Positions 12,166 to 26,852 of a stretch of 64,000 nucleotides of DNA are shown here, in pieces. Each line of letters starts with the position of its first letter. Within the stretch, counting starts at the first letter, position 1. The DNA is taken from the NCBI RefSeq assembly GCF_001447785.1, contig NW_015175982.1:515980-579979 (forward strand), given 5' to 3'. Source of the stretch: Gekko japonicus (lineage: Eukaryota). The notes under the pieces were generated by a model, which made no database searches, was not told where the DNA came from, and worked only from the letters and a program-made list of their open reading frames with translations. A program made the translations under genes and the position numbers.

Positions 12166-13059
12166 GACCAAAGAGTTTGTTTGCAGACGCACCACAGCAC
12201 ACAGTCCAATATCAGCTATGCAATGTATAGGACGGCAGTACTAGATACATTATAGGAACATTTATAAAATATATCAAGAATACGAATGGGTGCATAACAA
12301 AAGGACTCGCCCTTTGATTATGTCACTCCACGAGATGCCATGTCACAACTACCACCACCACATCCTGCTTGGGCTTCCTGTGAGGGAGGGCTGTAGGGAG
12401 ATATCTACTTATTTACTTTATTTATAGTCCGCCTTTCTCCCGAGGACTCAAGGCAGATTTCACAGAATAGGTTAATACCATCAACAGGATGGGACATCCA
12501 ATAGACAATACAATGGAATCTGACTTATAGAAATCTGGAACAAACCAGAAATCAGAAACAATGGCAAAGCGTAAGTATTAACATGACACATTAAACAATA
12601 CGAAAATTACACAGGCATCTACTTACAGCTAGAGATAGTATGATCTATACACAGCGGTATAGTCTACAGTCCCTAACCTTTTAGGGCCCTTATCCAATTC
12701 ACTCTGTCACAGGGAGATCTTAAAGAAACCCTTCACTCTTCCTTTTCCCTGTGCGTTTTGCTTAACATTTCCCTCCTAGAAGTCTTACCTTTTTTACTTC
12801 ACAGCTGTGCAGCAGGAGAGTCTCAAAATAAGAACCTGTTTATTTCACCGCGTCTCCCTCCTTGCCTGACTCAAAGCCAAGCAGCCAGAGCTGAAACTCC
12901 TTCCTGTCCTGACAAGCAGTTTTACTCTTTTTACTGTCTTTCCCCCCAGCCATTACCCACAACGATGCTTCCGTAGGTCAACTGACAGGGTCATGTGACT
13001 CTCTTTTAGATCAGTTGACCCCGGCTATTGTATTGTATGATTGTGTAATAGGTCTGCTA

Positions 13060-13341
<282 letters not shown>

Positions 13342-13527
13342 CTACAACTCTCCAGAACAGAGTTCAGCATGCTGGGCTCTCTCCATACAACCCCCTTCCC
13401 CTTCCACTTCCCTGCTCAAAATGAGACCTTTATCTTTGCCCAATGAGAAAAACCAAAGCAGCTTGGTTTCCACACCCTTCATGTGAAGTATCGGCCACCC
13501 CATGAAGCAGCAAGGGCCCTGCTCTCA

Positions 13528-13767
<240 letters not shown>

Positions 13768-13983
13768 TCACGTTATGAAGGGAAAGAAGAGGGAGCTCGC
13801 AATTCCATGCTGCGGCTCCCTCATATAGAATGAGCTTGGGGGGGTGGGGATTGCTTCTCCCTACTTCAAACCAGCTAGAGTGCTTTTTGAAAACAGTGCT
13901 CAGCTAGAGAAGGTGACCCAGGCAGGCCTTATACCTCCATCCTCCCCACCATCCAAGTTCCCAAGGGAAGGAATGCAACCTAC

Positions 13984-14062
13984 AGCCTTGGCCCTGATCT
14001 TCTTCTTCATTTGGAAACAAATCATCCAGGGAGTCCTTTGTCGAGTCACCTTCCTTCTCCTC
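13984..14062 (-). CDS. KLC4: KLC4 coding exon 3 (acidic linker with LFP motif)
   Basis: EEKEGDSTKDSLDDLFPNEEEDQGQG; 79 nt; ggttag| acceptor, |gtaggt donor; phase 0-1. Confidence 0.95.
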
Positions 14063-14322
14063 CTAACCCACAGATGGAAAGACAACAACTATTCAAAACA
14101 TTTAAAAAGCAGCACAAATTATTGACGTTTATTTAGGCATGGAGAGTTCTGACCCCCCCCCCCCAACAAGGCCATTCAGTGCCCTCCTCAGCGACAAGGT
14201 AACCACCAGCTCAGCTACAGACGTGGGCTGCACCCACTGTAGCTGGAGTGATCCGTACCATCCAGCCCTGCATTAGACAAGCTCAAATGGGTGGAGCGCT
14301 CTTAGAAAGCTCACTGCCACTA

Positions 14323-14610
<288 letters not shown>

Positions 14611-15826
14611 CTAACCCAAGAGAAGCAATGAGAGCTTGATCACTATGCTTGGGGCCCTCAGATCCTATCTGAGAGGCAGTTTCTTTGCCACTGAGTGCAG
14701 GAAGCTCCACCCCAGCCAGACTGAAGTCCTCCCGTACCAGTTAGGAAACTAGCACAAGGAATTCTGGGGCCTACCAGAATTATATGAAGTCAGAGTGGAC
14801 AGTACCTAAGGAACTGTCTATTCCAATACCCTGTTTCAAGCGAGAAGACAAGATGCTAGAGTTCAGCAAAGTGGCCCAAACCTACCTCCCCAGACTTGAG
14901 CTACCTCATGAATTCACCTCTTTCCTTGCCAAGGGGAAATAGGGCTATGACTCCTCAAGGCCTCTGAAGAAGAGGGAAGTGGGTCAGGGCAGGAGGCACT
15001 AAAATCAGTTTAGTGTGGAACTGTCACATTTAGGTAAGATATGGACTGGAAATGTGCCCAAGAGATGACAAAGGGCTCTGAACCACCCTACAATTTTGCA
15101 CGCCATGTCTCCTTCTAGTCACCTCGGACCAGAAAGCTGGGAGGGGCAGGGGCAGATGAGGAGAAGAGATGAGAAAGCAACATTGATCAGGGTGTTCTTT
15201 TTCTTCACAGCCATGCCAAACAAACCTGCAGCTGCAATTACTTGCCCAGTAGGGTTGTATGCTCACAATCGTGTATGCACTGCTGAACATATTAAAATTC
15301 TGTACCAAGGTTACCCACTCAATGCATCTGGAAAAATTGATTATTCAAATTAAATCCATTTGCACACATCTGCTTATTCTGCATAATGCATTTCCCTTTT
15401 ACAAATCATGGGGATGAACAGAGAGCTAATGCAAGGTATCAAAGCCCCATCCACCCAAGAAATTCTACAGAGCTCTTCTCTGTTTGCAGTGATTTTATCA
15501 GACATCGCATGTTTTCAAGCCTATCCTTGTAGTTATAAGAGCTAGAAACTTATCTACCTCTCAAAAAAAAAAGTGAAAGCAGTGATATACTAGGTGCTCT
15601 GGTCTAGGTTTGATACCAAAATCTGCAATTTTCTCTGTCCTTGTGCAGACTACAAGCAGCCCCACCTATACTGAAAGCAAGTGTGTTGGGTCTGCATGTT
15701 GAAGCTTCTTTTGAAAATGCCAGCAAGGGATACATTTCCACAGCCATCCTAGGCACTGTATTCCACTGCTTATTTATGAGTGTCCCATATTTGTTAAAAG
15801 GTACACCCCAAAGGACTGCAGCTCAC

Positions 15827-16075
15827 CTGAGCTTCTCCAAGCCCCAGCTCAATCATTTCCACAGACTTGCGCAACAGGTTGGCTTTCTCGTGCACCAGGT
15901 TGGCTTCCTCATCCTTCTTCAGACACTTGATGGTTTCCAGCAGGCTGTGCAAGATCGAATTGTGTTCATTCTTTAGGGCCTCTAGCCCCTGCATCACGAG
16001 TTTGGTGTTGGAGATTATCTCCTCCTGGCTCAGTTTATCCATCTTCTCCTCCCTGGGGTATACCATTGTGGACAT
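15827..16075 (-). CDS. KLC4: KLC4 first coding exon (exon extends to 16097 as 5'UTR), heptad-repeat region
   Basis: [27 protein letters not shown]...ELGLGEAQ. Acceptor ccttag|gtgagg at 16097, donor CAG|gtgagc. KLC4 rather than KLC1-3 from the downstream motifs [17 protein letters not shown] and [17 protein letters not shown], and from head-to-head synteny with MRPL2. Confidence 0.96.
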
Positions 16076-16293
16076 AGTCTTTCAGCTACAACCTCACCTA
16101 AGGCAGGACAGGGAAAGGGCAGAGTTACCAGAGTGCACAGTATCACTATTTACACAAGGAAGATCCCAAGAAATGACAACTATGGACCATCGGCTTCAGA
16201 AAACACAGAGGAGATCCCTTACCCCATTTCCTGGAGGAGAAAATTCCCACAATGCTCCAGGGAAACAGAAAGAGGTGATGTGTTAGGACACAC

Positions 16294-16314
16294 AGCAGCA
16301 GCAGCAGCAGCAGC
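16294..16314. repeat. (CAG)n microsatellite
   Basis: Short CAG run, intronic. Confidence 0.9.
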
Positions 16315-19300
16315 ACACATAGGCAAAACACAGCTAAGTCAAAGCTGCCTTTCTCCCACCGCCCCCATGGCCTTGGGAACGAAGAAAGCCGATTTAGCTG
16401 TCATTTAAGAGCACGGGAGAAACTGAAGCGAGCACACCTCCTGCTTGGAGGTCACAGAGATCCAGCTAGGAATAGAGACACATAATTCCAGTATAGCCAC
16501 AGAAAGGAAGCATCTACATTACTTTTTTTCTCTCTTCTATAGAAAACCTCTCTCTAGGCAACAAAAATGAAAATGCAACCTTGATGGTCAGATCCCAGGT
16601 CCAGCACCACACGTAAAAACAGGGATACCAGTTCCCTAAAACTAAGGGGAGTTTCTGGAACAAACCCAGACAAATGGAGAAAGTAAAGAGCCAAAGAATG
16701 GCTTAGTACTAGCAAACATGTTTTGTAGCAACATGAGCCTAACTTCCAAACCAAGACTCTTAAGACAACCCCATGCCAGAATTTGCACATGATAGAATAC
16801 CTGGAATGTACTATATAATCCTATGCAATGCACATACAACAAGGATTAGGGTTTATGGAGCCTGCCAGACTGGCAAGAGGAGAGAAGAAACCACCACTTT
16901 ATATATGCGCCTGAAGCTAAACTGGGAATCCAATTTCAGCTGCTTTGTTGCACTGGCTCAGTCTTTTTGAAGATGCACAACAGTAATACAGCTGCTTCAC
17001 ACTATTTTCCCACACACACTGCAGGCAGCTCTGCAAAATGCTCCCCAAAAGCCCCCTAGATCCACGGCTGGACCCAGATACACAGACTTCAGCAAGAGGT
17101 GCTTACCTCATAACAGCAGCCGAAGCAGTCTGCTCAGCGGCACCTTATGCTGCAGATACAAAGGCAAGTCAGGCAGCCTGGGCTCACGTGACCCCACTGG
17201 CAAAAGATCGAGCTATCACACTGGCCAGAGGAGCAGGGAACGGAGAAAGGGAAGGAGGAAGTTATCAGAAGAACTGCCTTTGTTCTCAGATAGCCCCACC
17301 TCTGTGTGTTCTGGGCTCTTTGCTAGGCAACCGCCGGCCTCCCCGTGTTTACCACAGCCAAGAGAAAGTCCCACTCAGAAATCCTCAATGAGAGTCTCTC
17401 AGCACTTCACTCCATTGGCCTCAAGGTGGCAACTCTGCTCCCCAAGGCCAAGGTGGAAGCCAGACAGTCTCCATACGGCTAGGCAGCAGCAGAACAGAAC
17501 CATATGGTTAGGCAGCAGAAGAACAGAAATTAGACAAGGCAGCCCCGAGGGACAGAGGAGATAATATCTGGTTCCTTTCCATTTTCTCTTCAAAAGACAG
17601 AAGGGGAGAGAGATGATCTGGCTCCGTTGGAGGCTGGGAGGACAGCTTAAGTTATACCAGTAAAATGATCCAGGGGTACGAAATGGAATCATTGCAGAAT
17701 GTGGGGGTGGGGGAAGAGAGAGGAAAACTCTTCATGAACTACTAGGCTGAGGAAACCTTGGAATCAGATCAGCCCCAATGCCCCTTATATTTTTACAAGT
17801 GGGGATTGCTTAATCTCAAAAATTAACCCTCCCAAATGACCTTCCTTATTTCATGGCACTGCAACAACACTGTAGGAAAGGAGAGTTTAAATATCTGAAT
17901 AAATAAATAAATATAGCCACAGTCATATTGAAGAAGTCAACATGACTTTAAATGTAAGCATTGCTGCTTAAATTGGGTCACTGATAAAGGTCTTTTTCAC
18001 TATAAAGGTAAAGGTTTCATAGCAATAAAACAAGCCCCCTGCATATTAGTTATGACTAATATCATGTGTGGTGTAGGGTTTTTGTTGTTGTTTTTTAAAG
18101 GTACCTCAAGTTTCCCCTCAGAAAGAGGGTCACAAGCAAGAATGGGTCATACAGCCAACAGGTATTATTTTAAAAAAGTAATAAAGTGAAATAATCAAAT
18201 GAAATGAGCGCTTCTTAAAATGCTGCAAGATTCGACTTGTGCTGGTTTTCTTTGGGACAATGTTCCAGAACCATGGGCCACAACCAACGTGGTTCTGCTC
18301 TGTGCCATTTTCATTTCTTGGTCAGATGAAACCTACTACAGGGCCTCTTAATGCTGATAAAGAAAGAAGGAACCTAGGGAGAGGGCAAGAACGGAAGAGG
18401 CAAAGTGAGCAGACAAGAGCCACAGGGCAGGAGAAGGAAGATGTGCAAAAGAAGACAGGGTTAAAGCAAAGGAAGACAGAAGTAACAGTGCTACAGAACT
18501 GGTCAGTTTCAGCAGCAGTCTTACACAACAAAACCATAAGAAGAAGTACACACAGGGCCCCTGTAGAAAATGTCAGCTGCTCTTGGGCAAGCAGAACTGT
18601 AACTCAGCATACTTAACTGCCAATGCAAGACTCCCTTCACTGCTTCCAAACCCCAGAAATGTCTGGTACAGGCTTTGGTAATGGAGTTTCAGAACTCCCT
18701 CCCACCAAACAATTCAGAGCACACTTTCCACCCCACTCTTCGCCATGGGCACTCAAACAAGAGTACAGTCGTCGCCACCCTGTTCTGACCCACCTTGGAA
18801 GGGGAGTAATTAGGCACCGGGGAAGGTCCGGCCTTTACGGATGTCAGTGCTTTCAACCCGCGTTTCTGGACATCTGAACTTCCCTGTTGCAAACTGAAGC
18901 CAGCTGGGACATATGAACTGTCAGATCCATTTCTACCTCTCTCTTTTTTGAGTCTCTGGAGATATGCACATAAGCGCTGACCATACGCTGCACAGCAGTA
19001 ATGTGGATGCTTAAGCATGGGACAAGCGCATGGGAAAGCTGCCTCAAGGTTGTACTGTCTGGTCAAACCTTCCCGCTACAACTTAAACCGGTGCAATTTG
19101 CGGCATGCCCAGACCATGGCAAGCTTGTCATCTGACCGCAGACTAAAAGCCTGAGGATACCAAGACTGAATGTAATTCCCTTAGCATACTCAGGTTTCTC
19201 TCTAGTGAAAAACTAGCAATTTCTACAAGAAATACTCCTGCATGGGTTCAAAAAGAAGTATTTAAGGCGGTGCCAAGTCCTGGTAGCCATCCTCCATTAC

Positions 19301-20812
19301 TGCACCTTGGAGACTGAGGAAGGATTGGTAGGCAAATGGAGAAGCAGACTATGACTCCCTCCAAAGCTAAACCCCTTCTCCCAGGATCTCCTCCCTTTCC
19401 TTCCCAGTCACCATGACCACAGTATTCCATCATGTTATTTACGATCCAATGTATATATATATTTATAAAAATCCATGAAGAGGGCAAAGAAGAGCAAGAA
19501 CATTTATAGATTTTTATTGCACACACAACATAAGTCGCAGCAGAAGGTTGCTTACAGTATTTAGCACCACCAAAGCACTCAGTTTGCAGGGGCCTATTCA
19601 TAGAGCAGCCTCATGATCGTCAATGCTCACGCAAAGCGCAGCAGTCAAAGTTTTTCGGTAATCACCACACCACCCTGCTCCACTCTGCTGGCCAATAGTG
19701 TGCAGGAGGTAAAAGACTTCTGCTGATGGTATCATGCATTGCCAATGTATTTTAAAACATCTGCCTCAAAATATCGGCATAAGCCTATCATTTCTGGTGG
19801 CGGCAGCAGGCCTCAAGGCTTTTATCCTCAAGGACAGAGTAACGGAACCCTGCCTTAGGCTTAAACCTGTATGGCAGCTAACAGTGTCCAACAGAAGGCC
19901 CTTGGGGAGACAAAGGATTCCCCCTTTTTGTTCTGTTCAAAAGAAGACTTAAGAGAAATCCACCCAAACCACCAAAACATGCTGCACGCTTGAGGCACTA
20001 ACAGCTACATTCCATATCACTTGTAGTCAGCGGAGGTACGGATAGTCCCCCTCCTGGAAAATGAGGAGCATTGGTTTGTCTGCTCCGGATGGCAAGTTGC
20101 AGGGACTAGGAAAAGTGAAAACTGAGTGTTTTGTTACCTAAAGAATTGGTTAATAAGAACAAAGGGTTGGGTCTCAACAGCATCACTGAGTGTGGCACAT
20201 TCCCTTCCAAGAAGGGGGAAAAGATGCTCGCCCCACTGCCAGCAGTCAAGTAGATTTTCAGGCATAAATCAACAGGGTTGGCATCTACTCTGTCCCATTT
20301 ACCCAGTATCAGTAAAACAAGATAAATGGGTCTTGCCAGCTCCAATCCTTAATCCTACTTAACCATTGGTAACCTTGGCCACTTCCTTCAAAATTTCTGC
20401 CTTCAAAAGAGGAAGAGTTCTTCTGGTTTCCAGAGTAGATTAGAAAGGTCATTCCCACAGAACAAAAGTAGGCGATAAAGCAAGAAATAAAGGACAATCT
20501 ATTCACAGTTAAATAGCCCTGTAAGGGGGGCTGCACTCCAAGAGTCGAGGACGTCTGCTTTGATAACCAAATTCATGTTTAAAGTGCTCTATCACTAGGG
20601 GGAGAACTAGGTTATGATGACACCTATATACCAACATCTTCCAATTTCAGATGTGTTTGCCAAGTGTACTTAGGGACAGGAATTGAGTAGTACACAATCA
20701 CTATGCCGCATTAAAATTCGTTCACAGCAAAACAATACTATGGGAGCAATCCTAAGCAGGTCTATTCAGAACAAAGTTCCATGTTATTCAGTGGGGCTTA
20801 CTCCCAGGACAG

Positions 20813-21023
20813 TGGGGAGGGTGCATGGCTCAGTGGCAACACATCTAGTTTGCATGCAGAAGGTCCCAGGTTCAATCACCAGGTTCTCCAGTGAAAGAAG
20901 CTGTCACTACATGAGGTGAAAGACCTCTGTCTGAGACCCTGGAGAACTGTTGCTGACCTGAGTAGACAATACTGACTGTGATGGACCAATGGTGTGGTTC
21001 AGTGTAAGGAAGCTGGATGTGTG
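20813..21023 (+). mobile_element. tRNA-derived SINE with CR1-like tail (further copies ~21628-21808 +, 29615-29822 -, 44592-44778 +, 53460-53850 -)
   Basis: A box tggctcagtgg, B box ggttcaatc, tail gatggaccaatgg...aagg.agct..atgtg. Confidence 0.8.
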
Positions 21024-21958
21024 TCCTTAAGACTGCAGCCAACGACTTGCAGTCAGGCCTATGAAATGCTGTATCATATCCTGTTTGGATAAGCTCATCA
21101 ATATTTTTTTTTTATATAATGAGATAGGAAACAAGTTTCCACGTAACTAGCTCTGCACCTTGAGGCAAGGAACTGCCATGATTGAGCATGCCTCCCTTTT
21201 CATCCCAGATCTCACTGCATGACTCAGATTCGCTGAGGCATCTAGAAGTAGATGCACCTTAACAACTCAGATTATTCCTCCTTCCTACGGTGCCTGTACG
21301 TGCTTTAGAGATATTGCTGGGAGGAGGAGAATTATCAAAGCAATTGTACCCATTACCTACGATGAAGGCAGTTTTGACTTTTGAAAGCTTATATCCTGGG
21401 GGAAAAACCCTTTGTTTGTATGGTGCTACTGGACTTGAATCTTGCTCTAAATATTACCTAGCTCTTCACACTGGAAGACTAATAGGATCTGATAGACCGG
21501 AGAAGAGAGAAAGCATGGGCCATTATATGTGGAGAGGGGCAGAACTGGAGCTCTTTTAATATTAGCAATTACTCACCTCTGACTTGCATCTTCTAACCAT
21601 GCAAAAGTGTTTATGCATGGACAGGAAGGGGGGAAACTCAGCGGGAGAGCATCTGCTTGGCACACAGAAGGTCCCAGGTTCAGTCCTCTGTATCTCCAGT
21701 TAAAAGGACCAGGCAGCTGGTAATGTGAAAGAGCTCTGCCTGAGAGCCTGCAGAGCCACTGCCTGGATGGACCAATGGTCTAATTCAGAATAAAGCAACT
21801 TCATGTGTCCACGAGCAGGTTCCTTTGAAGCCAAGTTGTTCTTATTCTTAAACCTCTAAGTGTGCTTCAATTTTTAAATTCAATAAAAAGGTGTGCCTCA
21901 GTCGCAAGGTTTGAGCAATGCTGCTCTAGCCTATTAGTTAAAGCAGAGGATATTCTAT

Positions 21959-22998
21959 GATAGAATCACAGAGTCATAGAGTTGGGAGGGACCTCCAGGG
22001 TCATCTACTCCAACCCCCTGCACAATGCAGGAAATTCACAAATACCTCCCCCTCCACATCAGCAGTGACCACTGTTCCATGCCCAGAAGATGACAAAAAT
22101 AAATAAATAAATAAAACAACCAGACCCTCCAGGATCCCTGGCCAAACTGGCCTAGAGAAAAACTGCTTCCTGACCCCAAAGTGGCGATCAGCATTCCCCT
22201 GGGCATGTAAGAAAGGGCCACAAGAACTAAGCACTGAGGCAACCCTTCCTGCCCTCCCTCACATGCTGTGCCTAAGTTCACAGAATGAGCATTGCTGTCA
22301 GATGGCCATCTAGCCTCTGTTTGAAAACCTCCAAAGAAGGAGAGCCCACCATCTCAGGAGGAAGCCTGTTCCACTGAGGAACTGCTCTAACTGTCAGGAA
22401 GTTCTTCCTAACGTTTAGCCAAAAACGATTCTGATTTAATTTCAACCTGTTGGTTCTGATCCAACCTTCTGGAGCAACAGAAAACAACTCCGTATCATCC
22501 TCTATATGACAGCCCTTCGAGTATTTGAAGATGGCTATCATATCACCTCTCAGTTGTTTCCTCTCTAGGCTAAACATACCCAGCTGCTTCAACTTTTCCT
22601 CATAGGACCTGGTCTCCAGACCCCTCACCATCTTTGTTGCCCTCCTCTGGACATATTCCAGCTTGTCTATATCTTTCTTAAATTGTGGTGCCCCAAACTG
22701 AACACAATACTCTAGGTGAGGTCTAACTAGAGCAGAGTAAAGTAGTACCATCATTTCGCGTGATCTGGGCACTATACTTCTGTTGATACAGCCCAAAATT
22801 GCATTTGCCTTTTTAGCAACCACATCACACTGCTAACTCATGTTCCGTGTATGGTCTACTAAGACCCCTAGATCCTTTTTGCACATACTACTGCCAAGAC
22901 AAGTCTCCCCATTCTATAATTATGCATTTGATTTTTCCTACCTAAATGCAGAACTTTACGTTTATTCCCACTGAAATTCATTTTATTTGTTTTAGCCC
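21959..22998 (-). mobile_element. CR1 LINE 3' fragment
   Basis: ORF 22278-22823 is the CR1 ORF2 C-terminus (LYSALVRPHLEYCVQF); same 3'UTR as 1371-1951. Confidence 0.93.
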
Positions 22999-23337
22999 AT
23001 TATATTGCCCAATAAGGAACCAATTATATCATTTAATAAAATAAAAACAGCACAGTCCTAAGAAGAGTTACACCCTTTACGCCGACTAACTTCAGTGAGC
23101 TTAGAAGAGCATAACTGTACAGTATTTAAAACCCACAGACTACTTAAGGCAAGACAGCAGGATGTCTGTATAATCATCTTATCTCTGGCAAAAGACTTGT
23201 TGACTCACCTGAGCAACAAGATGATTAAGTTGAGGTACTTATTATTCATTTAGCCCAAATGAAGCCAGAACTTCGGTCTAGTGTGAGTGAACTCTGGATC
23301 ACAGTCTATGCATACATGTTGTTGTCCATTTAATATA

Positions 23338-24185
23338 TCTAATAGCGATGTGTGGCCCCCATCTGCAAACACCTAAATCTGCGGATCAGATCCACGCCAA
23401 CACTAAACATGTTTTTCTGCAAACTTGGGGGTCTTCCCAAGTTTGCAGGAAAATCTGAAATCTTTAAAAATGCAATATGGGATTTAATTTCCCCCTCAAA
23501 TCAAATGCAGAGAATGCACCCAACCTCCAGCATATTCTGGCCTGGTGCTAAAAGTGCCCAGGAGCTGTGGTGGCCCCAGTGATGGCTGTGGGATTAGGGG
23601 GAGATGTGATAGGCCTGGCAGCGGCTGGGAACCACAGCACAGTTGTGAAGCTAAGAGGAGGAAAGGGATTCCACCCCCCCTCAGGCCCACACTTCCTACC
23701 TCCTCTTGATGCAGTTGCCACTGATGGGGGGGGGAGAAGCCTTCAGGGGTCAGAACCCACACAGAGTTTGCTGGCATCGTAATTGGGAGGGGGGAGAAAC
23801 CTTGGCAGATCTGGTGGCTGGGAGCTGCACAAGGCTCACTGCCGCTGTCAACAGTGGGTGGGGAGAAGCCCTGGTGAGCCCACCAGCCACATGGGGCTTG
23901 CTGCCATCGATGGAGGGGAAGCCTTAGCTGGCTTGGCGGCCTGGAGCCTTGCTGGATCACCACCATTGACTGGGGAGGGAGCCTTGGCAGGCCCAGTGGC
24001 TGGGATGACGGCGATGGAGGAGAAGCCTCAGTGGGTCCGGCTGCTGGGAACTGTGTGGTGCTTGCTGGTGTGTGTGTGTGTGTGAAAGAGAGAAGCTGGG
24101 CCCAGTGGCAGCAATTGTGGGGGGGGGGGGGGGAGAACGAAGATGTGTAATGGATGCCCCCACAATTACTGCGGGTCCCTACTTA
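23338..24185 (+). mobile_element. Old non-autonomous Helitron-like element
   Basis: A|TC 5' end; homologous to 39034-39777; 3' end ccccacaattactgcgggtccctaCTTA|T. Confidence 0.55.
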
Positions 24186-24591
24186 TTTTATCATAAAGGG
24201 CTGAAACAGCAAATAGTTTCTGCTGCTAAGGAAAAGGTGGGCCAGATGAAAGAAATCCTGATTATTTGGTGTGACTGTTCAAGGGCTCCTCTCTCCGGTC
24301 ACTTATCTACTCACTTTGACAAAGTCACTGTAGAGCTCAGAGAGCCTGAACCAGTCTCTTTGTTCAGAGACCTTGGCAAGACAGACTGCTTACACTGCCC
24401 AATAGGGAATTAATTCTGCTTCAGCCACTTTTTCCCCTTTGGCTACGCAGCCATTCCTAAAGCAAACGCGGTTCCACACCAAGACCAAGTAATACTCAAA
24501 AGGCCTTCTAAAGAAGACAAGGAAACATACATTTGGGTGGCTTCGAAACATTTTGCTCTTGGAGACGTGGAAAATGCATTTGAATGTATTT

Positions 24592-24846
24592 GAGAAGAAG
24601 AGATTGGATTTATACCCCGCCCTTCACTCAGAGTGGTTTACAATTTCCTTCCCCTCCCCCTCCCCACAACAGACACCCACCCTGTGAGGTAGGTGGGGCT
24701 GAGAGAGCTCTTCTGAGAACTGCTTGTGAGAGAACAACTCTGAAAGAACTTGTAACTGATCCAAGGTCACACCAGCAGCTGCATGTGAAGGAGTGGGGAA
24801 TCAAACCAGATTAAAGTCCATGCTCTTAACCACTACACCAAACTGG
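24592..24846 (-). mobile_element. tRNA-derived SINE (Squam3-like)
   Basis: Homologous to 2971-3254. Confidence 0.85.
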
Positions 24847-24919
24847 TACTAGGTCAGACACAGATCAGAGCATGCAAGGTGAAGTGTTCATGCCCTCACA
24901 GTCTGGCCACAATACTGTA

Positions 24920-25138
24920 GCCTGGTTGCCAATTCCGGGTTGTAAAACTCTTGGAGATTTGGGGGGTAGAGGCTAGGGGAAGGAGGGCTTTCAAGATGGA
25001 AGGGAACTCTGTGGGTTACAATGCCATAGAGTCCACTCTCCTGAGCAGTTATTTTCTCCTGGAATTGATCTCTGTCATCTGGAGAACAGCTGTAATTCTG
25101 GGAGGTCTCCAGGCCCCACCTGGCGGTTGGCAACCATA
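24920..25138. mobile_element. MITE with ggttgccaa/ttggcaacc TIRs (relatives ~31020-31255, 31610-31826)
   Basis: TIRs and a shared internal sequence. Confidence 0.7.
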
Positions 25139-26852
25139 CAGTCAGTTGATGTTCCCATAGCAAGGTGTATGTTTTGCAGGGGAGCAGAGGAATTGGGGAA
25201 GATATGGGAGGGAAGGAATCCTGCTAGTTAGCAACAGCTGAATACAATTTCCCTGAGTTGTTATCCTCTTTTTCTCTCTGCACACAGGTATATAAGGCCA
25301 GGGCATGCCCAGAGGTGTAAGCTGAAGGACTCTTCAGAGGGTTATGCCTAGAGCTGGGCAGAAGATGAGCTAGTGGAGAGAGAAGACTAGTGTGAACATT
25401 GGAAGCCTGTCCTCCCTGCCCTTGCTTTTTTCCCATCCCTAGGACTGCCACTTCTCTTTGCATCCTTTGCTGCTGATACAGCCATGGTAGCAGCCAGGAG
25501 AAACCTCACCATGTCTCAGTAGCCCTTCTGGACTGAGAGTTCAAGCTTTACCTTTCAAAGAACAACAGCAAGTTCAAGCAAGGTAGCAGCCATAAATGGG
25601 GGGGGGGGGAGCAGAAGAAGAAGAAGGTCATTAACACTGCTGGCTGGTGTTTTTCATTCTACGGATGCATCAGGCAGGCTTTGAGCATCACCAGACTCTA
25701 GCTTGCCAGGTTACCTCTATACTTCACTTGAACTGGAAAACGCACAGCACAAAGGGAGCTTTAGGCAGGTTTTCTGTCCTCAGGAGAGAAGCAAGTCAGC
25801 TGCTCTCTTCTGCTTTGTCTTGCAAAGCCCCACCCTGACATGCTCGAACAAAGCTATCAGAAGAACACACCGAGTGCCGTTCAGTCCAATCCAGCGAGCT
25901 GGCAGAGTGATGGGCCTTGCTATACAGAGGCCTTTGCTGCCTGATCTATCTTGCACTCTCCCAAGAGGGGCTGCAGCTGAATGCAATAGTAAAGACAAGC
26001 ACAGCACAAACCTTTGTTCTTCAGCTCTCTTAAAGCAGAACACCCCACCCCAACCCAGAGCAACTTACACTATGAAGACGGAGCAGCTGGCTTTCCATGG
26101 TATCCTCCTCAGACCAAGGGATGCTGTTCTGCAAGAGGGTGTGTGCCAGTTGCACACAGAGAAGACGAGCATCTGCTCATCTAAGCTCTCTCTCCCCACC
26201 GGGGACAGAGTTACAATGCAGATTGGTGACCCACCCACTGCAGCAGCAGCAGCAGATGCAGCCAGACTACCGAGAAACCGCAAACGCTCTCCTGCAAGCA
26301 CAGACATGCATCACCACAAGGCACTGGTCTCTAGGAAGGCTAAGGGACCACAAGCCAGAAACCATCCCTCCTGCAGCAGCAGCCATCAAGCTCGGCTTTT
26401 CCAGATTCCCCACCCTGAACTTCCATAGAAGGGGGGCTACAACCCCAGGGCTCTAGAGAACCAAACACAGCGCTTAAAAAATCAAATAGTTTCATGAAGG
26501 GGTTCTTGTTTTTAAAAAATTATTTATAACATGCATTTAGCCTGAAAATTGTTAAATTCATCTTAAGCTGTTCAACTTTTTAAAATTATCTGGGTTTTAA
26601 TTTATAACTTTTAATGCTTGTGTTTCATTATGTTATTTTGTAAGCCATCTCTGGCAGGTTCCTCAGGAGAGCTGGCATAAAAATTCCCCTAAATGAATAA
26701 ATAAATAAAACATTTAAAGTCAAAATCTTTAAAGTGGGATGCTAGAATAACCCATATGTGAAGGGAACGGCAGGCAAATATTTTTATAGGATTAAAGGGC
26801 TTCTTAGATAAGTTTTAGAGAAAGGGAAATGGTAGAGGTGAATAACTGCTAG

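Noticed and set aside
20813-20890. tRNA genes (also at 36408, 57232, 58465)
   Set aside because: The A/B boxes are SINE heads followed by SINE bodies; no intact cloverleaf.
23496-24413. Multiple ORFs here and at 39008-39780
   Set aside because: They lie in the GC-rich, low-complexity interiors of Helitron-like repeats.
25703-26428. 241-aa plus-strand ORF, the longest non-TE ORF in the window
   Set aside because: Non-ATG start, no recognisable domain, includes CAG-repeat-derived alanines, and no exon structure; consistent with a chance ORF.
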